A stretch of 64,000 nucleotides of DNA from Sulfolobales archaeon. Lineage in GTDB: Archaea; Thermoproteota; Thermoprotei_A; Sulfolobales; NBVN01. Of the stretch, positions 17,179 through 28,198 are shown piece by piece (position 1 is the first letter of the stretch; each line of letters starts with the position of its first letter). A program made the position numbers and the translations under genes. The DNA lies in the NCBI GenBank assembly GCA_038841535.1, contig JAWBTQ010000004.1, positions 64,316 to 128,315 of the forward strand. Direction: 5' to 3'. Under the pieces are notes generated by a model. That model was not told where the DNA came from. It did no database searches and saw nothing but the letters and a program-made list of their open reading frames with translations.

Positions 17179-18769
17179 TGTAATGTACGACTTAGTCATC
17201 AAGAAGGGCATAATAGTAGACGGTAGCGGCTCACCACCTTTTAGGGCCGATATAGGTATCTCGGGCGACAGGATCGAGTCTATAGGCGACCTCAGTGGGG
17301 AGAAAGCTAATTTAGTTGTAGACTCTTCTGGAATGGTGGTCTCACCCGGGTTTATTGACATTCATAACCACAGCGACATAACGATCTTCGAAGTACCAAC
17401 AGCAGATAACTACATACTCCAGGGAGTCACTACAATTGTGGTAGGAAATTGTGGTTCTTCACCAGCTCCCTTAACTGATGTGAACTTTGAGGAGGAAGTA
17501 AAGTGGATCAAAAAGGAGCACCCGGATGTAGAGGTTAGGTGGAGAAGTTTTAGCGAGTACGTCAAGGCCCTCGAAGAGCTTAAGCCGTCGGTCAACATAG
17601 CTCCGCTAGTTGGGCACGGAACGATCAGGTCCGCAGTACTAGGGTTCGGTCCAGAAAAGCCTTCAGAAAGAGACATCGAGTTAATGAAGGAGCTAGCTAG
17701 AGAAGCTATGGAGGCAGGAGCCTTTGGTGTGAGTACGGGGCTCATATATATTCCAGGAACTTTTGCTACAACAGAGGAGATAGTCGAGATAGCTAAGGTA
17801 ACTGCTTTGTACAGTGGTATATACTCGACGCACATGAGGAACGAGGGCGTTAGGTTACTTGACTCCATCTATGAGACTATAACCATAGGTCTTAAAGCCG
17901 GAATAGGTGTCGAGATCTCTCACCTAAAGGCCGGCGGTAAACCTAGCTGGGGGAAGGTAGTAGCAGCCTTAAAGGTGATCGAAGATTACGCATCTAGAGG
18001 GTACGACATATCGGCAGATGCTTATCCTTATCCTGCTGCATCTACATCTCTTTCAACACTGTTGCCGAGAGACATAAGGGGGGCTAGTTCGGAGGAAATA
18101 CTGAAGAAGCTGAAGGATCCCAGAGTAGTGAGAGAGATTAGGGAAAAACTAGGGGAAGCGGTTTTTGAGGAGAGATACATTTCTTGGTCTGACATAATGA
18201 TATCCTATTCTCCGAGACATAAAGAATTTGAAGGTATGAGACTAGATAAGATAGCGGAGTCCCTGGGTATAGACCCTATCGAGGCAGTTGTAAAGATACT
18301 CTTAGACGACGAACTTGCTACAGGGATGGTAACATTTACCATGAGAGAGGATGACGTCAGAACCGTGATATCCCACCCACTAGTTGCTATCGGGAGTGAC
18401 GGTTCAGTCGGTAAGTTTGGAGTCGGAAAACCTCATCCAAGAAGATATGGGACTTTTCCGAGAGTTATAGCTAAGTATGTTCGAGAAGAAAAGGTGTTAA
18501 CACTACAAGAAGCTATAAGAAAGATGACATCGTTGCCAGCAAGAAAGCTAAGACTCTGGGATCGAGGGCTGATAAGACCTGGTTTTAAGGCAGACTTAGT
18601 GGTATTTAACTACTACAGCATTGAGGATACAGCTACGTACGAAAATCCACACTCTTACCCAAGGGGGATAAGATACGTGATCGTTAACGGCAAGATCGCT
18701 GTTGAAGGCGGTAAGTTGGTTCCGGCAGTCAGAGCTGGAAAAGTGCTTAAGAGAGGAGCATTAAGCTAG
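17171..18769 (+). CDS. N-acyl-D-amino-acid deacylase (D-aminoacylase)
   Basis: PGFIDIHNHSD, GVTT..GNCG, THMRNE, SHLK, GSDG and HPR.YGTFPR motifs. Confidence 0.9.
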   Translation: MCSVMYDLVIKKGIIVDGSGSPPFRADIGISGDRIESIGDLSGEKANLVVDSSGMVVSPGFIDIHNHSDITIFEVPTADNYILQGVTTIVVGNCGSSPAPLTDVNFEEEVKWIKKEHPDVEVRWRSFSEYVKALEELKPSVNIAPLVGHGTIRSAVLGFGPEKPSERDIELMKELAREAMEAGAFGVSTGLIYIPGTFATTEEIVEIAKVTALYSGIYSTHMRNEGVRLLDSIYETITIGLKAGIGVEISHLKAGGKPSWGKVVAALKVIEDYASRGYDISADAYPYPAASTSLSTLLPRDIRGASSEEILKKLKDPRVVREIREKLGEAVFEERYISWSDIMISYSPRHKEFEGMRLDKIAESLGIDPIEAVVKILLDDELATGMVTFTMREDDVRTVISHPLVAIGSDGSVGKFGVGKPHPRRYGTFPRVIAKYVREEKVLTLQEAIRKMTSLPARKLRLWDRGLIRPGFKADLVVFNYYSIEDTATYENPHSYPRGIRYVIVNGKIAVEGGKLVPAVRAGKVLKRGALS

Positions 18770-18889
18770 AAGTACCTTATTTTTCTCTCGATATTCATCC
18801 TTTACATTGCTTCAGGGATTTCAGGTTAGACAGGCAATACGTATTTTACACTTATAAGTTCCGCAATAAAGTCATTAAGGGCGTTAAAG

Positions 18890-19270
18890 GTGGTCGATAA
18901 GAATGCTGTTATCGAAAGGCTGAAAGAAGCTCTTAAGAACGTATACGACCCAGAGATTCCCATAAACATATGGGATCTAGGGCTGATCTATGGTATCGAC
19001 GTAGATGATTCCGGTAACGTGAGGATCAAGATGACTCTGACAGCTCCAGGATGCCCTATAGTATCATTCCTGCTTCACCAAGTTCAGGAGTCTATATATG
19101 GAGCTCTAGCCGATATTAAAGACATTAACGAAGTTAATATCGACCTAGTCTTTGATCCCCCGTGGGACCCAACTAAGATGACCGAGGAAGGAAGAAGGAG
19201 GTTTAAGGAGTTATTTGGTTACGATATTCTAGAGTCTTACTCTAAGAGAGGGCTTTTAAAGCAAACTTGA
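18890..19270 (+). CDS. DUF59/SufT/MIP18 Fe-S cluster assembly protein
   Basis: YDPEIPINIWDLGLIY, TLTAPGCP and FDPPW motifs. Confidence 0.9.
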   Translation: MVDKNAVIERLKEALKNVYDPEIPINIWDLGLIYGIDVDDSGNVRIKMTLTAPGCPIVSFLLHQVQESIYGALADIKDINEVNIDLVFDPPWDPTKMTEEGRRRFKELFGYDILESYSKRGLLKQT

Positions 19271-19283
19271 ACTGGGGGATAAG

Positions 19284-19799
19284 TTGCCTATAGAGCAGCA
19301 CAGACGGGATGCTGCCGAAATTCCTGTCTCAGTGTGTGTTGTAGTTACTAGTGATAAAGTACTTCGTGGTGTTTACTCAGATGAGGTTACTGGTTTAGTT
19401 GCGAGATTAGTCGCTAAGTATGGGTGTGAACTGAAGAACCACACCTTAGTTCCGAATAACAGAGAGTCTATAGCTTCAGCAGTAGCAGAAAGCCTTAGGA
19501 GATGCGATGTCGTTGTGGTATCGGGTGGGACGGGCCTCGGTCCTAGGGACCTATCGGTTGATGTAGTAAGAGAAATATGCTCTAAAGACATTCCCGGATT
19601 CGGTGAACTGTTTCGGTATATAACCTTCCAAACGTATGGTACAGCAGCTCTTGCGACAAGGGCCATGGCCTGTGCTGCCGGAGATAGATTAGTGTTCGTT
19701 ACTCCAGGCTCACCCAGCGCAGTCGAACTCGCATTAGACAAGCTAGTACTTCCAGAAGTAAAGCACCTTGTAGCTGAATTACGGGAACTGAGACATTAA
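19284..19799 (+). CDS. moaB: MoaB/MogA molybdopterin biosynthesis protein
   Basis: VVTSD, SGGTGLGPRD, IPGFGELFR and PGSP motifs. Confidence 0.88.
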   Translation: MPIEQHRRDAAEIPVSVCVVVTSDKVLRGVYSDEVTGLVARLVAKYGCELKNHTLVPNNRESIASAVAESLRRCDVVVVSGGTGLGPRDLSVDVVREICSKDIPGFGELFRYITFQTYGTAALATRAMACAAGDRLVFVTPGSPSAVELALDKLVLPEVKHLVAELRELRH

Positions 19800-19833
19800 G
19801 CTCCAGCTAGTAACGAATTAGCGCAATCTTCGC

Positions 19834-21360
19834 TTACGGTGATAGTTTGTTAACTACATGATCTAGAGGGAATACTACTCTCTGCCAAGGTCTTTCGCTT
19901 TGAGATCTACGTCTAAGCGGAAACCCTGTGTCAACTCCGAGAGTGCTAGATAGTTCCGCTATGCTTCGCCTCGATAGTCCTTTGAGGGCTAGAGATGTAG
20001 CCAGCTTTCCAACGTTTCTATTCCCAAGAGCTATGAGGGACTGGATGAAAGCATAAAGCCAGCGGAGGTAAGCAATAGAGCCCCCTCCAAGCTCCTTCTT
20101 GAAGAGCCCAACTTTTTTGAGGTACTCATCTTCGGTAATTAGTGGATAATCTTGCAGAGGTGTGTGCGGCTTAGGCACTAATGGGTTTATGTTTATTGTC
20201 ATATTTCTACGCAGCTTACGCGAGTGAGACATTAGATACTTCACGTTCTTTATAGTCTCGAGAACATGCTCTTCTCGCTCCAGTGGAAGACCGACCATTA
20301 TGTAAAGCTTGACGTTGAACCCTTTCTTAAGGGCTGATATCGCAAGTTCACTAAAAGTGCTGAAATTGAAGCACTTGCCGATATAGCAGCTTAACTCGAG
20401 GTTCATTGATTCAGGCGCGAGAGTAAGAGTTCTCTGGCTCGATAGCGATATGAGGTCTAGGTCGTCAAGTCTCAAGGTGTCCCACCTGATCGACGGTATC
20501 GAGAAGTCAATTTTGTTGTCAGCCATGTAGATTAAGAAGTCTCTAAAGCTGGGGTGGTCAAACGGTGAAAGTGAGTAAATTACCACTCTCCTTCGTCGAG
20601 TGAACTTCAAACCCTCACTCACTAAGCTCTTTACGGTCTCAAGGCTTCTGCACCTAAATGGATGCATAGTGTAGGCTTCAAGGCAGAACTTACACAACCA
20701 TCTGCAACCTCTAGATATCTCGATGTAGAAACCTTCACCGTAGACTGGCTCTACGCTTCTCGATCTGATCTCGGCTACTGGGTGAGGAGTGTTGTTTAAG
20801 TCTTCTACATAGACCTTCCTAGTGCTAGCCTCACCAGTGTATAGACCGTCACCTATAGATTCCAAGAAGCCAGTCGGTTTATCAGGTAGTAGGCTAAGTG
20901 AGCGAGCGAGTTTTTCTAAGAGGATCTCACCATCACCCACAAAGCACGCGTCAGCAACTTCTAGAAAAGGTTCTGGATTAGCCATCGCAGCAAGTCCACC
21001 TACCAGTATCACTGGTTTTTTCTTTCTTTTCTCAGCATTGAGCTCGATTCCAGATTCATTGAGCAATTTTGATAAATATAGTAGGTCTAACTCGTAGTTA
21101 GCACTAACGAGAAGTAGGTCGAATTCGCGGAGCTTACGCGATGTGATAGCGCCTTCGTTCGGGTTATCCAGCGTAAACCTATCGACTAGGGCATCGCTTT
21201 TCTCGATTAAGAAATAGTAGGCTATGTGAGTAAATAGATTAGTAATCGAGGCTTGGTACGTGCTTGGGTATACAAGTGCTACCCTAGGATAGCCAGAGGC
21301 TCTTAGGTAAACGTTATACTCTCTAAACTTACCAGAGTGTAATGCTAATTTCCACACCAA
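19834..21360 (-). CDS. Radical SAM protein with B12-binding-like N-terminal region
   Basis: EISRGCRWLCKFC (CxxxCxxC), TLAPES and PKPHTP motifs. Confidence 0.85.
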   Translation of the reverse strand: MVWKLALHSGKFREYNVYLRASGYPRVALVYPSTYQASITNLFTHIAYYFLIEKSDALVDRFTLDNPNEGAITSRKLREFDLLLVSANYELDLLYLSKLLNESGIELNAEKRKKKPVILVGGLAAMANPEPFLEVADACFVGDGEILLEKLARSLSLLPDKPTGFLESIGDGLYTGEASTRKVYVEDLNNTPHPVAEIRSRSVEPVYGEGFYIEISRGCRWLCKFCLEAYTMHPFRCRSLETVKSLVSEGLKFTRRRRVVIYSLSPFDHPSFRDFLIYMADNKIDFSIPSIRWDTLRLDDLDLISLSSQRTLTLAPESMNLELSCYIGKCFNFSTFSELAISALKKGFNVKLYIMVGLPLEREEHVLETIKNVKYLMSHSRKLRRNMTININPLVPKPHTPLQDYPLITEDEYLKKVGLFKKELGGGSIAYLRWLYAFIQSLIALGNRNVGKLATSLALKGLSRRSIAELSSTLGVDTGFPLRRRSQSERPWQRVVFPLDHVVNKLSP

Positions 21361-21410
21361 CGGTAATGAGTTTAGAGAGTAAAAAGGAGCTAGTATCTCC
21401 TTATACCGAA

Positions 21411-22739
21411 CTACCCTAACCCGGTTCGAGCTAAGAACTCACTCACTAAGTCAGCGATAGATGGTCCATCAACTACTCTAAGCTCCCAGGTAACTTTAAC
21501 TATAGGAACATTTACATCTAATAGGCTCGATATGTCGGCTGGAGTTCCAAGGATTACGCAGTCTGCTTTCATTCTTCTTAGTGTCTCGTTGAGGTCTTTT
21601 AACTGCTCTGGGGTGTAACCCGTGGAAGGTACTACGGGACCCATTTGGGGGTACTCCTCAAGCATCACCTTGATTATACCGACAGCATAAGGTCTCGGGT
21701 TCACTATTTCAGCCGCTCCGTACTTCTCTGCAGCAACATATCCCGCACCGTATGGCAGACCTCCGTGAGTAACGGATGGCGAGTCCTCTATTACGGCGAC
21801 TCTCCTACCTTTAACGAGCTCGGGTTTGTCTACAGCTACTTCCATATCTGCTAGAACTATTTTCGCCTTGGGATTAACACTCTTTACATTTGATACCACT
21901 CTTTCGACGTTTTCTTTACGAGCTCTCGAGACCTTGTTGATCACTACTGCGTCTGCCAGTCTTGTGTTAATCTCGCCAGGGTAAGCGGATACCTCTTGTC
22001 CTGGTCTCATAGCGTCTGCTACGGTGATCATATAGTCAAACTTTATGAAAGGCGTGTCGTTGTTACCTCCGTCCCACAGTATGGCATCCCCAAGCTTCTC
22101 AGCCTCAAGAAGTATTCTTCCGTAGTCCACACCTGCGAGTACTGGGAGGCTTAGTCTTATGTACTGCTCGTACTCCTCCCTCTCTTCTACAGTGATCCCG
22201 TACTTGGCGAAGTCCTCCTCGGATCTGAACACCTGTATAGAAGACTTAACTAAATCTCCATATGCCATTGGATGTCTAATCGGGACAACTCTAATACCCC
22301 TCTTGATCAGCTCCCGAACTACTGCTCTCGATACAGTGGACTTGCCGGCACCTGTTCTTACAGCAGTAACTGCGATAACAGGCTTATAGGACCTCAGAAA
22401 AGTCTCGTGCGGAGATAGCAGCTTGAACGATGCTCCAGACGAGAGCGCTATTGAAGCAAACCTTCCAACGTCCTGATACGTTAAGTCACTATAGGATAGC
22501 ACTACTTCGTCTACCTTAAGCTCTTTAATGAGCCTGGGAAGCTCGCTCTCGGGGTATATGGGAATCCCCTGAGGATATCTTGGCCCGGCAAGCTCTGGAG
22601 GAAACCTCCTTCTCTCAATGCCAGGTATTTGAGTAGCAGTAAAGGCTACTACCTCGTAGTCTTGCCTGTCTTTGAAGTAGGTAAGGAAGTTATGGAAGTC
22701 TCTTCCACCAGCACCAGCAATAATTACTCTCCTAACCAT
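21411..22739 (-). CDS. Cyclic 2,3-diphosphoglycerate synthetase-like P-loop NTPase
   Basis: GAGGRDFHNF, AVRTGAGKS, EEREEYE and WDGGNND motifs. Confidence 0.8.
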   Translation of the reverse strand: MVRRVIIAGAGGRDFHNFLTYFKDRQDYEVVAFTATQIPGIERRRFPPELAGPRYPQGIPIYPESELPRLIKELKVDEVVLSYSDLTYQDVGRFASIALSSGASFKLLSPHETFLRSYKPVIAVTAVRTGAGKSTVSRAVVRELIKRGIRVVPIRHPMAYGDLVKSSIQVFRSEEDFAKYGITVEEREEYEQYIRLSLPVLAGVDYGRILLEAEKLGDAILWDGGNNDTPFIKFDYMITVADAMRPGQEVSAYPGEINTRLADAVVINKVSRARKENVERVVSNVKSVNPKAKIVLADMEVAVDKPELVKGRRVAVIEDSPSVTHGGLPYGAGYVAAEKYGAAEIVNPRPYAVGIIKVMLEEYPQMGPVVPSTGYTPEQLKDLNETLRRMKADCVILGTPADISSLLDVNVPIVKVTWELRVVDGPSIADLVSEFLARTGLG

Positions 22740-22816
22740 GCTATCCCCACAAGTTTTAGTTTACTCTAATAAATATTTTTTGTAGGCAGTAGAATTTTTA
22801 TCTATCTCTAGATGTC

Positions 22817-23899
22817 TTACATTTTAATAGCTATTTTAGTAAGCTCATCTATTACTCTGAGAGTCGCTACGGCGTCTCGCAGATCAGGAGCTTTAACGTC
22901 CTTACCACGGCATCTCTCTACAAATACTCTAAGCTCTTCTTTTAGAGGTTCCCCATTGCTAGCCTCGACCCGCATGCTACCAGACTCTGTTATTACGGTT
23001 AGTACTCTCGAGATCAGGTCGGTTCTTATAATACCTCGATCTGTTAGAGCATCTATTTCTCTGATTTTTACGGGAAGCACCCCATCGGCCTCGAATACAA
23101 CGTCTACTCTGTCGTAGATAGCTTCAGCTACCGCTCTCTGCGGTACTCCGCCGTCAACAGCAAATGAAGAGAACAGAGGTCTTACCTCACGTGAATTAAG
23201 CAAGTAGAAAGCTAGGTCAATATCATGGGACATGAGGTCGAGAGTCACTGGGTAGTTTCGCATGTGAGGAGGTCTTCTTGATAGTCTCCTGAAGCGTAAA
23301 GCATAAATGTGTTTATCGCTAATCTGACGCACAAGTTCTACAACAGCTGGGTCAAACCTAGAGAGATAGCCGACTTGGTGCACTATTCCCCTAGCATCAG
23401 CAAGAGTCAAGAGATTGCTAGCCTCCTCATAGGTTTCAGCAGCAGGTTTCTCTATGAACACACACGAAGCAGTATCCATGGCTTCGACAGCGTTTTGGTA
23501 GAGCGTGCTTATGGGAGTAGCTATAATGAAGGCCTCCCCCGAGACTTCACTGACGCGGCTGGCCAAAGCCCGAAAGCCGTACTTCCTAGAAAGCTCTAGG
23601 GCTCGGGATACGTCTACATCCACCACGTAGCTTAGATCGACTAAACCCTCAATCTCTAGCTCCTTTAGAGACCTAGCGATGTTGGTTCCCCATTTACCAG
23701 CTCCAACGAGCGTTATTCTTACTGGGCTCAAGCAGATCCCAGCGTAGAGCAAGCTAAGCAAAAAATTCTTACACAACTCATAGCTTAAGTCACTATAAAC
23801 ACGTAGAAGTGGATCCCTGGCTGTCCTAAGTTTATACAGACTTACGTTAAATTGCCTTAGCTTCTCTACGTGCTTACTGGGGACTACCTGAGACCCCAC
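22817..23899 (-). CDS. Gfo/Idh/MocA oxidoreductase (likely start TTG near 23731)
   Basis: GAGKWG, IEKP, VGYLSRF and DLMSHDID motifs. Confidence 0.85.
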   Translation of the reverse strand: MGSQVVPSKHVEKLRQFNVSLYKLRTARDPLLRVYSDLSYELCKNFLLSLLYAGICLSPVRITLVGAGKWGTNIARSLKELEIEGLVDLSYVVDVDVSRALELSRKYGFRALASRVSEVSGEAFIIATPISTLYQNAVEAMDTASCVFIEKPAAETYEEASNLLTLADARGIVHQVGYLSRFDPAVVELVRQISDKHIYALRFRRLSRRPPHMRNYPVTLDLMSHDIDLAFYLLNSREVRPLFSSFAVDGGVPQRAVAEAIYDRVDVVFEADGVLPVKIREIDALTDRGIIRTDLISRVLTVITESGSMRVEASNGEPLKEELRVFVERCRGKDVKAPDLRDAVATLRVIDELTKIAIKM

Positions 23900-23985
23900 G
23901 CAGTCTGTATCAAGGTAATGGTCGTGCTTTAGGATTAAAATCAGGGGCTGATTTGAAGAATATGTATGGGGTATAGGAGCAGACT

Positions 23986-24045
23986 CTACTTCTTCTGTTC
24001 TTTCTCCTCCTTCTGTTCTTTCTTCTTTCTGGCTTTACAGGGCAT
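23986..24045 (-). CDS. Candidate 19-aa basic peptide MPCKARKKKEQKEEKEQKK (not in ORF track)
   Basis: GGTGA Shine-Dalgarno 4 nt before the ATG; TATA-like CTTATTAAG about 35 nt upstream; free-standing in an intergenic gap. Confidence 0.45.
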   Translation of the reverse strand: MPCKARKKKEQKEEKEQKK

Positions 24046-24135
24046 AGCATCACCAATTCTATATACAATCGAGAAACTTAATAAGATCGAAGTAAGAGAG
24101 GACTTTATGCGACTTCTTTTACTCTTAGGGGTTCA

Positions 24136-25074
24136 TCATCTCTGCGGGGTAGTCGTTAGATTAGCTCTTTTCAACTTGTTAAGTAAGTAGTTGTATAATC
24201 CAGTTATGACCCTATACGTGGACCCTCTAAAAGCAGGCATAGAGTTTTCTAGCTGCCTAGCATACGCGAGCTCTATATCGCTACTTAAAACACTATGGTA
24301 TACTTCCTCAGTACTCGTAACACCCTCATTAATCATGTTGCTAATGCGATAAGTCCACGAAATTAACTTATCTTTAGCTCTTTGTACGAAGATCTCCGGG
24401 TTTTCGCTAATCATTCCATAGTGTGCCACTGCTATTATCCTTGGCTGAAGCTTCAGTGTCAGATCTAAGCTACTCAAGTACTCGTCTCCATCGAATGGGT
24501 GGACAGTAACCGGGTATATCCTTCCATTAAAGTAGTTAGCTATAGAATCACCGGCAAAGAGTATGTCAACAGGGTCAAGCATATAGGATACGTGGTGCGC
24601 AGCATGTCCTGGAGTGTAAACAGGCACTAACACAAAGTCTCCTAAGTTAACTCCAACTCTATTCTCTACAGCTAAAATTCGGCTTTGTGGAACCGGTCTG
24701 GGCTCTCCAAGCAGCCTTGCTATATCTCCTAGGACATCAAGTGATGAGCTCCAGAGTTTCGAAGGATCGGTTAAGTGCCTGACTCCACGAGGATGAACGA
24801 GCACCCTGGCACTCGGTAAGTACTCAAGTAGGTCACCAACAACTCCAGAGTGATCTATGTGAACGTGTGTTAACGCTATGTATACTTCTTTAAGGCGGTC
24901 TAAATTCATCGCATCAATGAACTCCTTAAAGCTCTCTAGAGAGGCTTTTGGACCAGGGTCAACGATAGCTATAGACTTACTTCCTACTATGACATAGGTC
25001 GCTAGCCACCCAGCCGTACCCGACGGCTCTAAGTCAGCTATCAATACCCCTTCTGAAACCTTCTCCACCCTCAC
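24136..25074 (-). CDS. MBL-fold metallo-hydrolase
   Basis: THVHIDH, TPGHA.HH, AGD and AHYG motifs. Confidence 0.9.
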   Translation of the reverse strand: MRVEKVSEGVLIADLEPSGTAGWLATYVIVGSKSIAIVDPGPKASLESFKEFIDAMNLDRLKEVYIALTHVHIDHSGVVGDLLEYLPSARVLVHPRGVRHLTDPSKLWSSSLDVLGDIARLLGEPRPVPQSRILAVENRVGVNLGDFVLVPVYTPGHAAHHVSYMLDPVDILFAGDSIANYFNGRIYPVTVHPFDGDEYLSSLDLTLKLQPRIIAVAHYGMISENPEIFVQRAKDKLISWTYRISNMINEGVTSTEEVYHSVLSSDIELAYARQLENSMPAFRGSTYRVITGLYNYLLNKLKRANLTTTPQR

Positions 25075-25191
25075 GTTATCACACCACCACTTGAACCGAA
25101 AGATAGAAACTTAAGCATAGACCAGACACGCTGAAGACGAGCACTAAGCCTAGGACTACTTAAAGCTTTGAAAGGTACGGCAGTTCTTTCT

Positions 25192-25923
25192 CTAGGCAGT
25201 TCTTCTAAGACTGTTTAAGAAGTTTACACCTCCTCTAAAGTCTAACGGGGAAGACACTAAGAATCCGTCAACTAAGTGAGAGTTATTTAAAGCAACTTCA
25301 AGTGCCTTCTCTGCTAGCAATACCCTCTCTCTACCTAGTAAATTAGCTAAAGCTCCATAGCTGTTCTCAGTGGCCACGATAAGGTAAGGATATATTTTAA
25401 CGTTAGCACTCCTTGCCACCCTGGAGACTCTCTCCAGCTTCTCGAAGGTTTTCTCACTAAGGTTTAGTATAAGGTAAAAGTCTGCGCTAGAGCCCATTCT
25501 CTTAAGGATCTCGGTTAGGTCTTTCCTCAAGCTTATAGTAAGACCTGGGCTTATGTTAAGGCTTAGCTGCTTGACTAAACTTACTGCGTTCTCCGGCTCT
25601 AAGTCTCTAACAACACTAGAGTTCTGCACTACATCACCTCTAACGTAGACTACACGCTCAACTCCACAAAGCTCTAGGCTTTTCGTCGCTGACGTTAGGG
25701 CCACGCGGCTTAAGTCTATAGTTCTGATATGGGCGATGACCCTAACTTCCTCTACCGACTTAACAAGGCAACTAACTAGAGGAGAAAATTGAGAAGTAGA
25801 ACCCATAGGAGAGTCTGGGACATCTATCCAATCGACTATCTCCTTAAGAACATTCAGTCTAGCACGTAGCTCCTCCCTCTTTTTAACGGGCGCGAGCTCA
25901 TAGAGTAGCTCCAAGTAAGTCAC
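25192..25923 (-). CDS. Methylenetetrahydrofolate reductase (MetF)-like protein
   Basis: IDVPDSPMG, AHIRTIDLSR and VRGD motifs; downstream of the methionine synthase genes. Confidence 0.7.
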   Translation of the reverse strand: MTYLELLYELAPVKKREELRARLNVLKEIVDWIDVPDSPMGSTSQFSPLVSCLVKSVEEVRVIAHIRTIDLSRVALTSATKSLELCGVERVVYVRGDVVQNSSVVRDLEPENAVSLVKQLSLNISPGLTISLRKDLTEILKRMGSSADFYLILNLSEKTFEKLERVSRVARSANVKIYPYLIVATENSYGALANLLGRERVLLAEKALEVALNNSHLVDGFLVSSPLDFRGGVNFLNSLRRTA

Positions 25924-26010
25924 CTGAGGCTATTGATCTTGGTTTATTAAACATTTTATAAGGTAACGGTGGTCAGTTTACACAACTCTCTCTGAGCTTT
26001 CCTACGTTAA

Positions 26011-27015
26011 CTACCATTCTTCTCTAGCCAATCGAGCCGCTTCTGCTATATTTTTGAGTTTAGCTTTAGCGATTTCCCTGGGCAACCTCTTAAGACCGCA
26101 GTCTGGGTCGAGATATACTTTTTCCGGTCCTATGAAGCCCTCCTTCATTAGCTTATCGATCGCTTCCTTAATCTCTTTAACACTCTCTACTTGAAAGCTG
26201 TGCACATCAACGACACCGTAGCCTAGCTCCTTGCTGTAGCCTAGTTCTTTAAGATGCGGTAGCAACCTAAAGTTGCTGTTCTTCATTTCTAGGTCGAACT
26301 GATCAACAGAGTAATCTAAGATAAATGGAAGGATTTTCTCTAACCTTCCGTAGCATACGTGAATAATTCTCTTAGCGTTAACGCCCCTAAATACCGCATC
26401 AATAGCTTCTTTGAGCATGTCAGCTTCTTCCTTGAAGGGTTTTGTAGATAGAGCTGGTTCATCTAACTGTACGTAAACTACTCCTCTTTTGACTAGTTCT
26501 TCAACTTCCCTCCTAATAGCTTTAGCTATGTCCATCACAAGCTCTTTTCGATCTCTGTAGTGTAGATCAAAGCTCCACTCAAGCATCGTGTACGGACCTG
26601 TTAGCGTCGCCTTCACAGGTCTTCCATCACTCACACTAGAGGCGTAGCTCCATAGGTCTACGGTTACAGGCCCCACCCACTCCACTTTCCCTATCACGAT
26701 AGGCTTCTTAAAGTACTCATTATCGAACACTCTAACCCACCCACCGGAGCTAAAGCCCTTAAACCTCTCCGCAAAGTACACGACCATGTCGTCTCGAGCT
26801 TGCTCACCGTCACTCACGATATCGATGCCTGCCCACAAATGGTCTGCCACTACTTCCCTTATCGGCGGCTTCACCATCTCTTTGAACTCCTCCTCTGTTA
26901 TCCGCCCAGACTTCCTCATCTTGATAGCGTTTTCTGCTTGCTCTGTCTTTGGGTAGCTACCTACGACTGTTGTAGGAAACTTTTTTGGTACTTCGTACCG
27001 AGTCACGAACCCCAC
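26011..27015 (-). CDS. metE: B12-independent methionine synthase, catalytic (C-terminal) half
   Basis: [24 protein letters not shown] and QLDEPA motifs; Zn ligands HVC, E and PDCGL. Confidence 0.9.
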   Translation of the reverse strand: MGFVTRYEVPKKFPTTVVGSYPKTEQAENAIKMRKSGRITEEEFKEMVKPPIREVVADHLWAGIDIVSDGEQARDDMVVYFAERFKGFSSGGWVRVFDNEYFKKPIVIGKVEWVGPVTVDLWSYASSVSDGRPVKATLTGPYTMLEWSFDLHYRDRKELVMDIAKAIRREVEELVKRGVVYVQLDEPALSTKPFKEEADMLKEAIDAVFRGVNAKRIIHVCYGRLEKILPFILDYSVDQFDLEMKNSNFRLLPHLKELGYSKELGYGVVDVHSFQVESVKEIKEAIDKLMKEGFIGPEKVYLDPDCGLKRLPREIAKAKLKNIAEAARLAREEW

Positions 27016-28025
27016 CCCGAAGTCTCTGTGTACCCCAGCTTCGATAAAAGCTTGTTCGCTAAGATCCTCAAGTTCCTTAGTTTAGAGATACTATACTCGT
27101 AAGGTATGAGGTCTAGCCACGTAGTCGTTGTGATACCTACTTCGCTACCGTCGTAATTCCTTAGGATTTCGGTAGCTATCTCCACCAGGGTGTCGAGAGG
27201 GTCATCGTAGATCGTTCTAGCGTTTACTAGTCCGAGAACGGCGCAGTGAGAGCCAAAGCCTTTAGCCTTTACGAGTTTTAGTGAGCTACTTGGTGAGTCT
27301 CCTATATCAACGGAAACACACGTAACTTTAGATTCTAAGACTTTATCGTATACTCTTGGTTGAGGTGTGCCGTAGTATAGAGCGAGGACCGTTTTAGACG
27401 AGCCAGCTGACCTAGCTATTCTACTCACTAACTCGGCTGCTAATACCCCGGCATCGGGAGAAATATCGGGGTCGCTGAGGAGTGGTTCATCCACCTGAAC
27501 CATGGACGCTCCTGCCTCTACGGCTAGCCTAACTTCGCTAACTAAGAGGTCAGCTATACTGGAAGCAAGTTCTTCTTGGTTAATACCGGCACTATTTTTC
27601 GACATATATGCGAACGTTACTGGTCCAGGTATTACCACCTTAATTTCCGCAGGCTCCGTGAAAGCTATATACCTTCGGACCCGGGGAGCCCAAACGTAAG
27701 AAGAAGCTTCAGGTTTTCCGGTAAAGAGCGGAATTCTATAGAAGAAGTTATTATCGAAATACCTCAGGAGGTTTGTGGGAGTAACATTACGCCAAGCGGA
27801 AACGAACGGCCTAAAGAGATCGTGCCAGTCTAATAGCCCATCAGTTACATACCTCATGCCAGCCGAGATCTGAACTCCGAGTACAACTAGGGATGAACTA
27901 ACCAAGACTTTCTCTAATTCCTCGTAGCTGATTAGACCCTTCTCGTAGTCTCTGAGGGTCTTCCTTAAAACCTTATTTCTAGGGAAGCCGCCTAGAGGTG
28001 AGCACCACACCTCTATAGTAACCAC
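27003..28025 (-). CDS. Split MetE N-terminal-half homologue (non-catalytic)
   Basis: [21 protein letters not shown] and QVDEP motifs; lacks the Zn ligands. Confidence 0.82.
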   Translation of the reverse strand: MVTIEVWCSPLGGFPRNKVLRKTLRDYEKGLISYEELEKVLVSSSLVVLGVQISAGMRYVTDGLLDWHDLFRPFVSAWRNVTPTNLLRYFDNNFFYRIPLFTGKPEASSYVWAPRVRRYIAFTEPAEIKVVIPGPVTFAYMSKNSAGINQEELASSIADLLVSEVRLAVEAGASMVQVDEPLLSDPDISPDAGVLAAELVSRIARSAGSSKTVLALYYGTPQPRVYDKVLESKVTCVSVDIGDSPSSSLKLVKAKGFGSHCAVLGLVNARTIYDDPLDTLVEIATEILRNYDGSEVGITTTTWLDLIPYEYSISKLRNLRILANKLLSKLGYTETSGWGS

Positions 28026-28198
28026 CCCGATCTTACCTGGTTAATTAAGCGCGTTTAGACGCTAAAAGCTTTATGGTTTACGACTGAAGGTTTCATCCCT
28101 AAAAGCAGAGAAAGCTGTTAATGCATGTTATCGTTAGATGAGTGCTAAGCTTTAAGAAGTTTTTGAAAATAATTCTCTAGGTTAAAGGAGATATCGCT

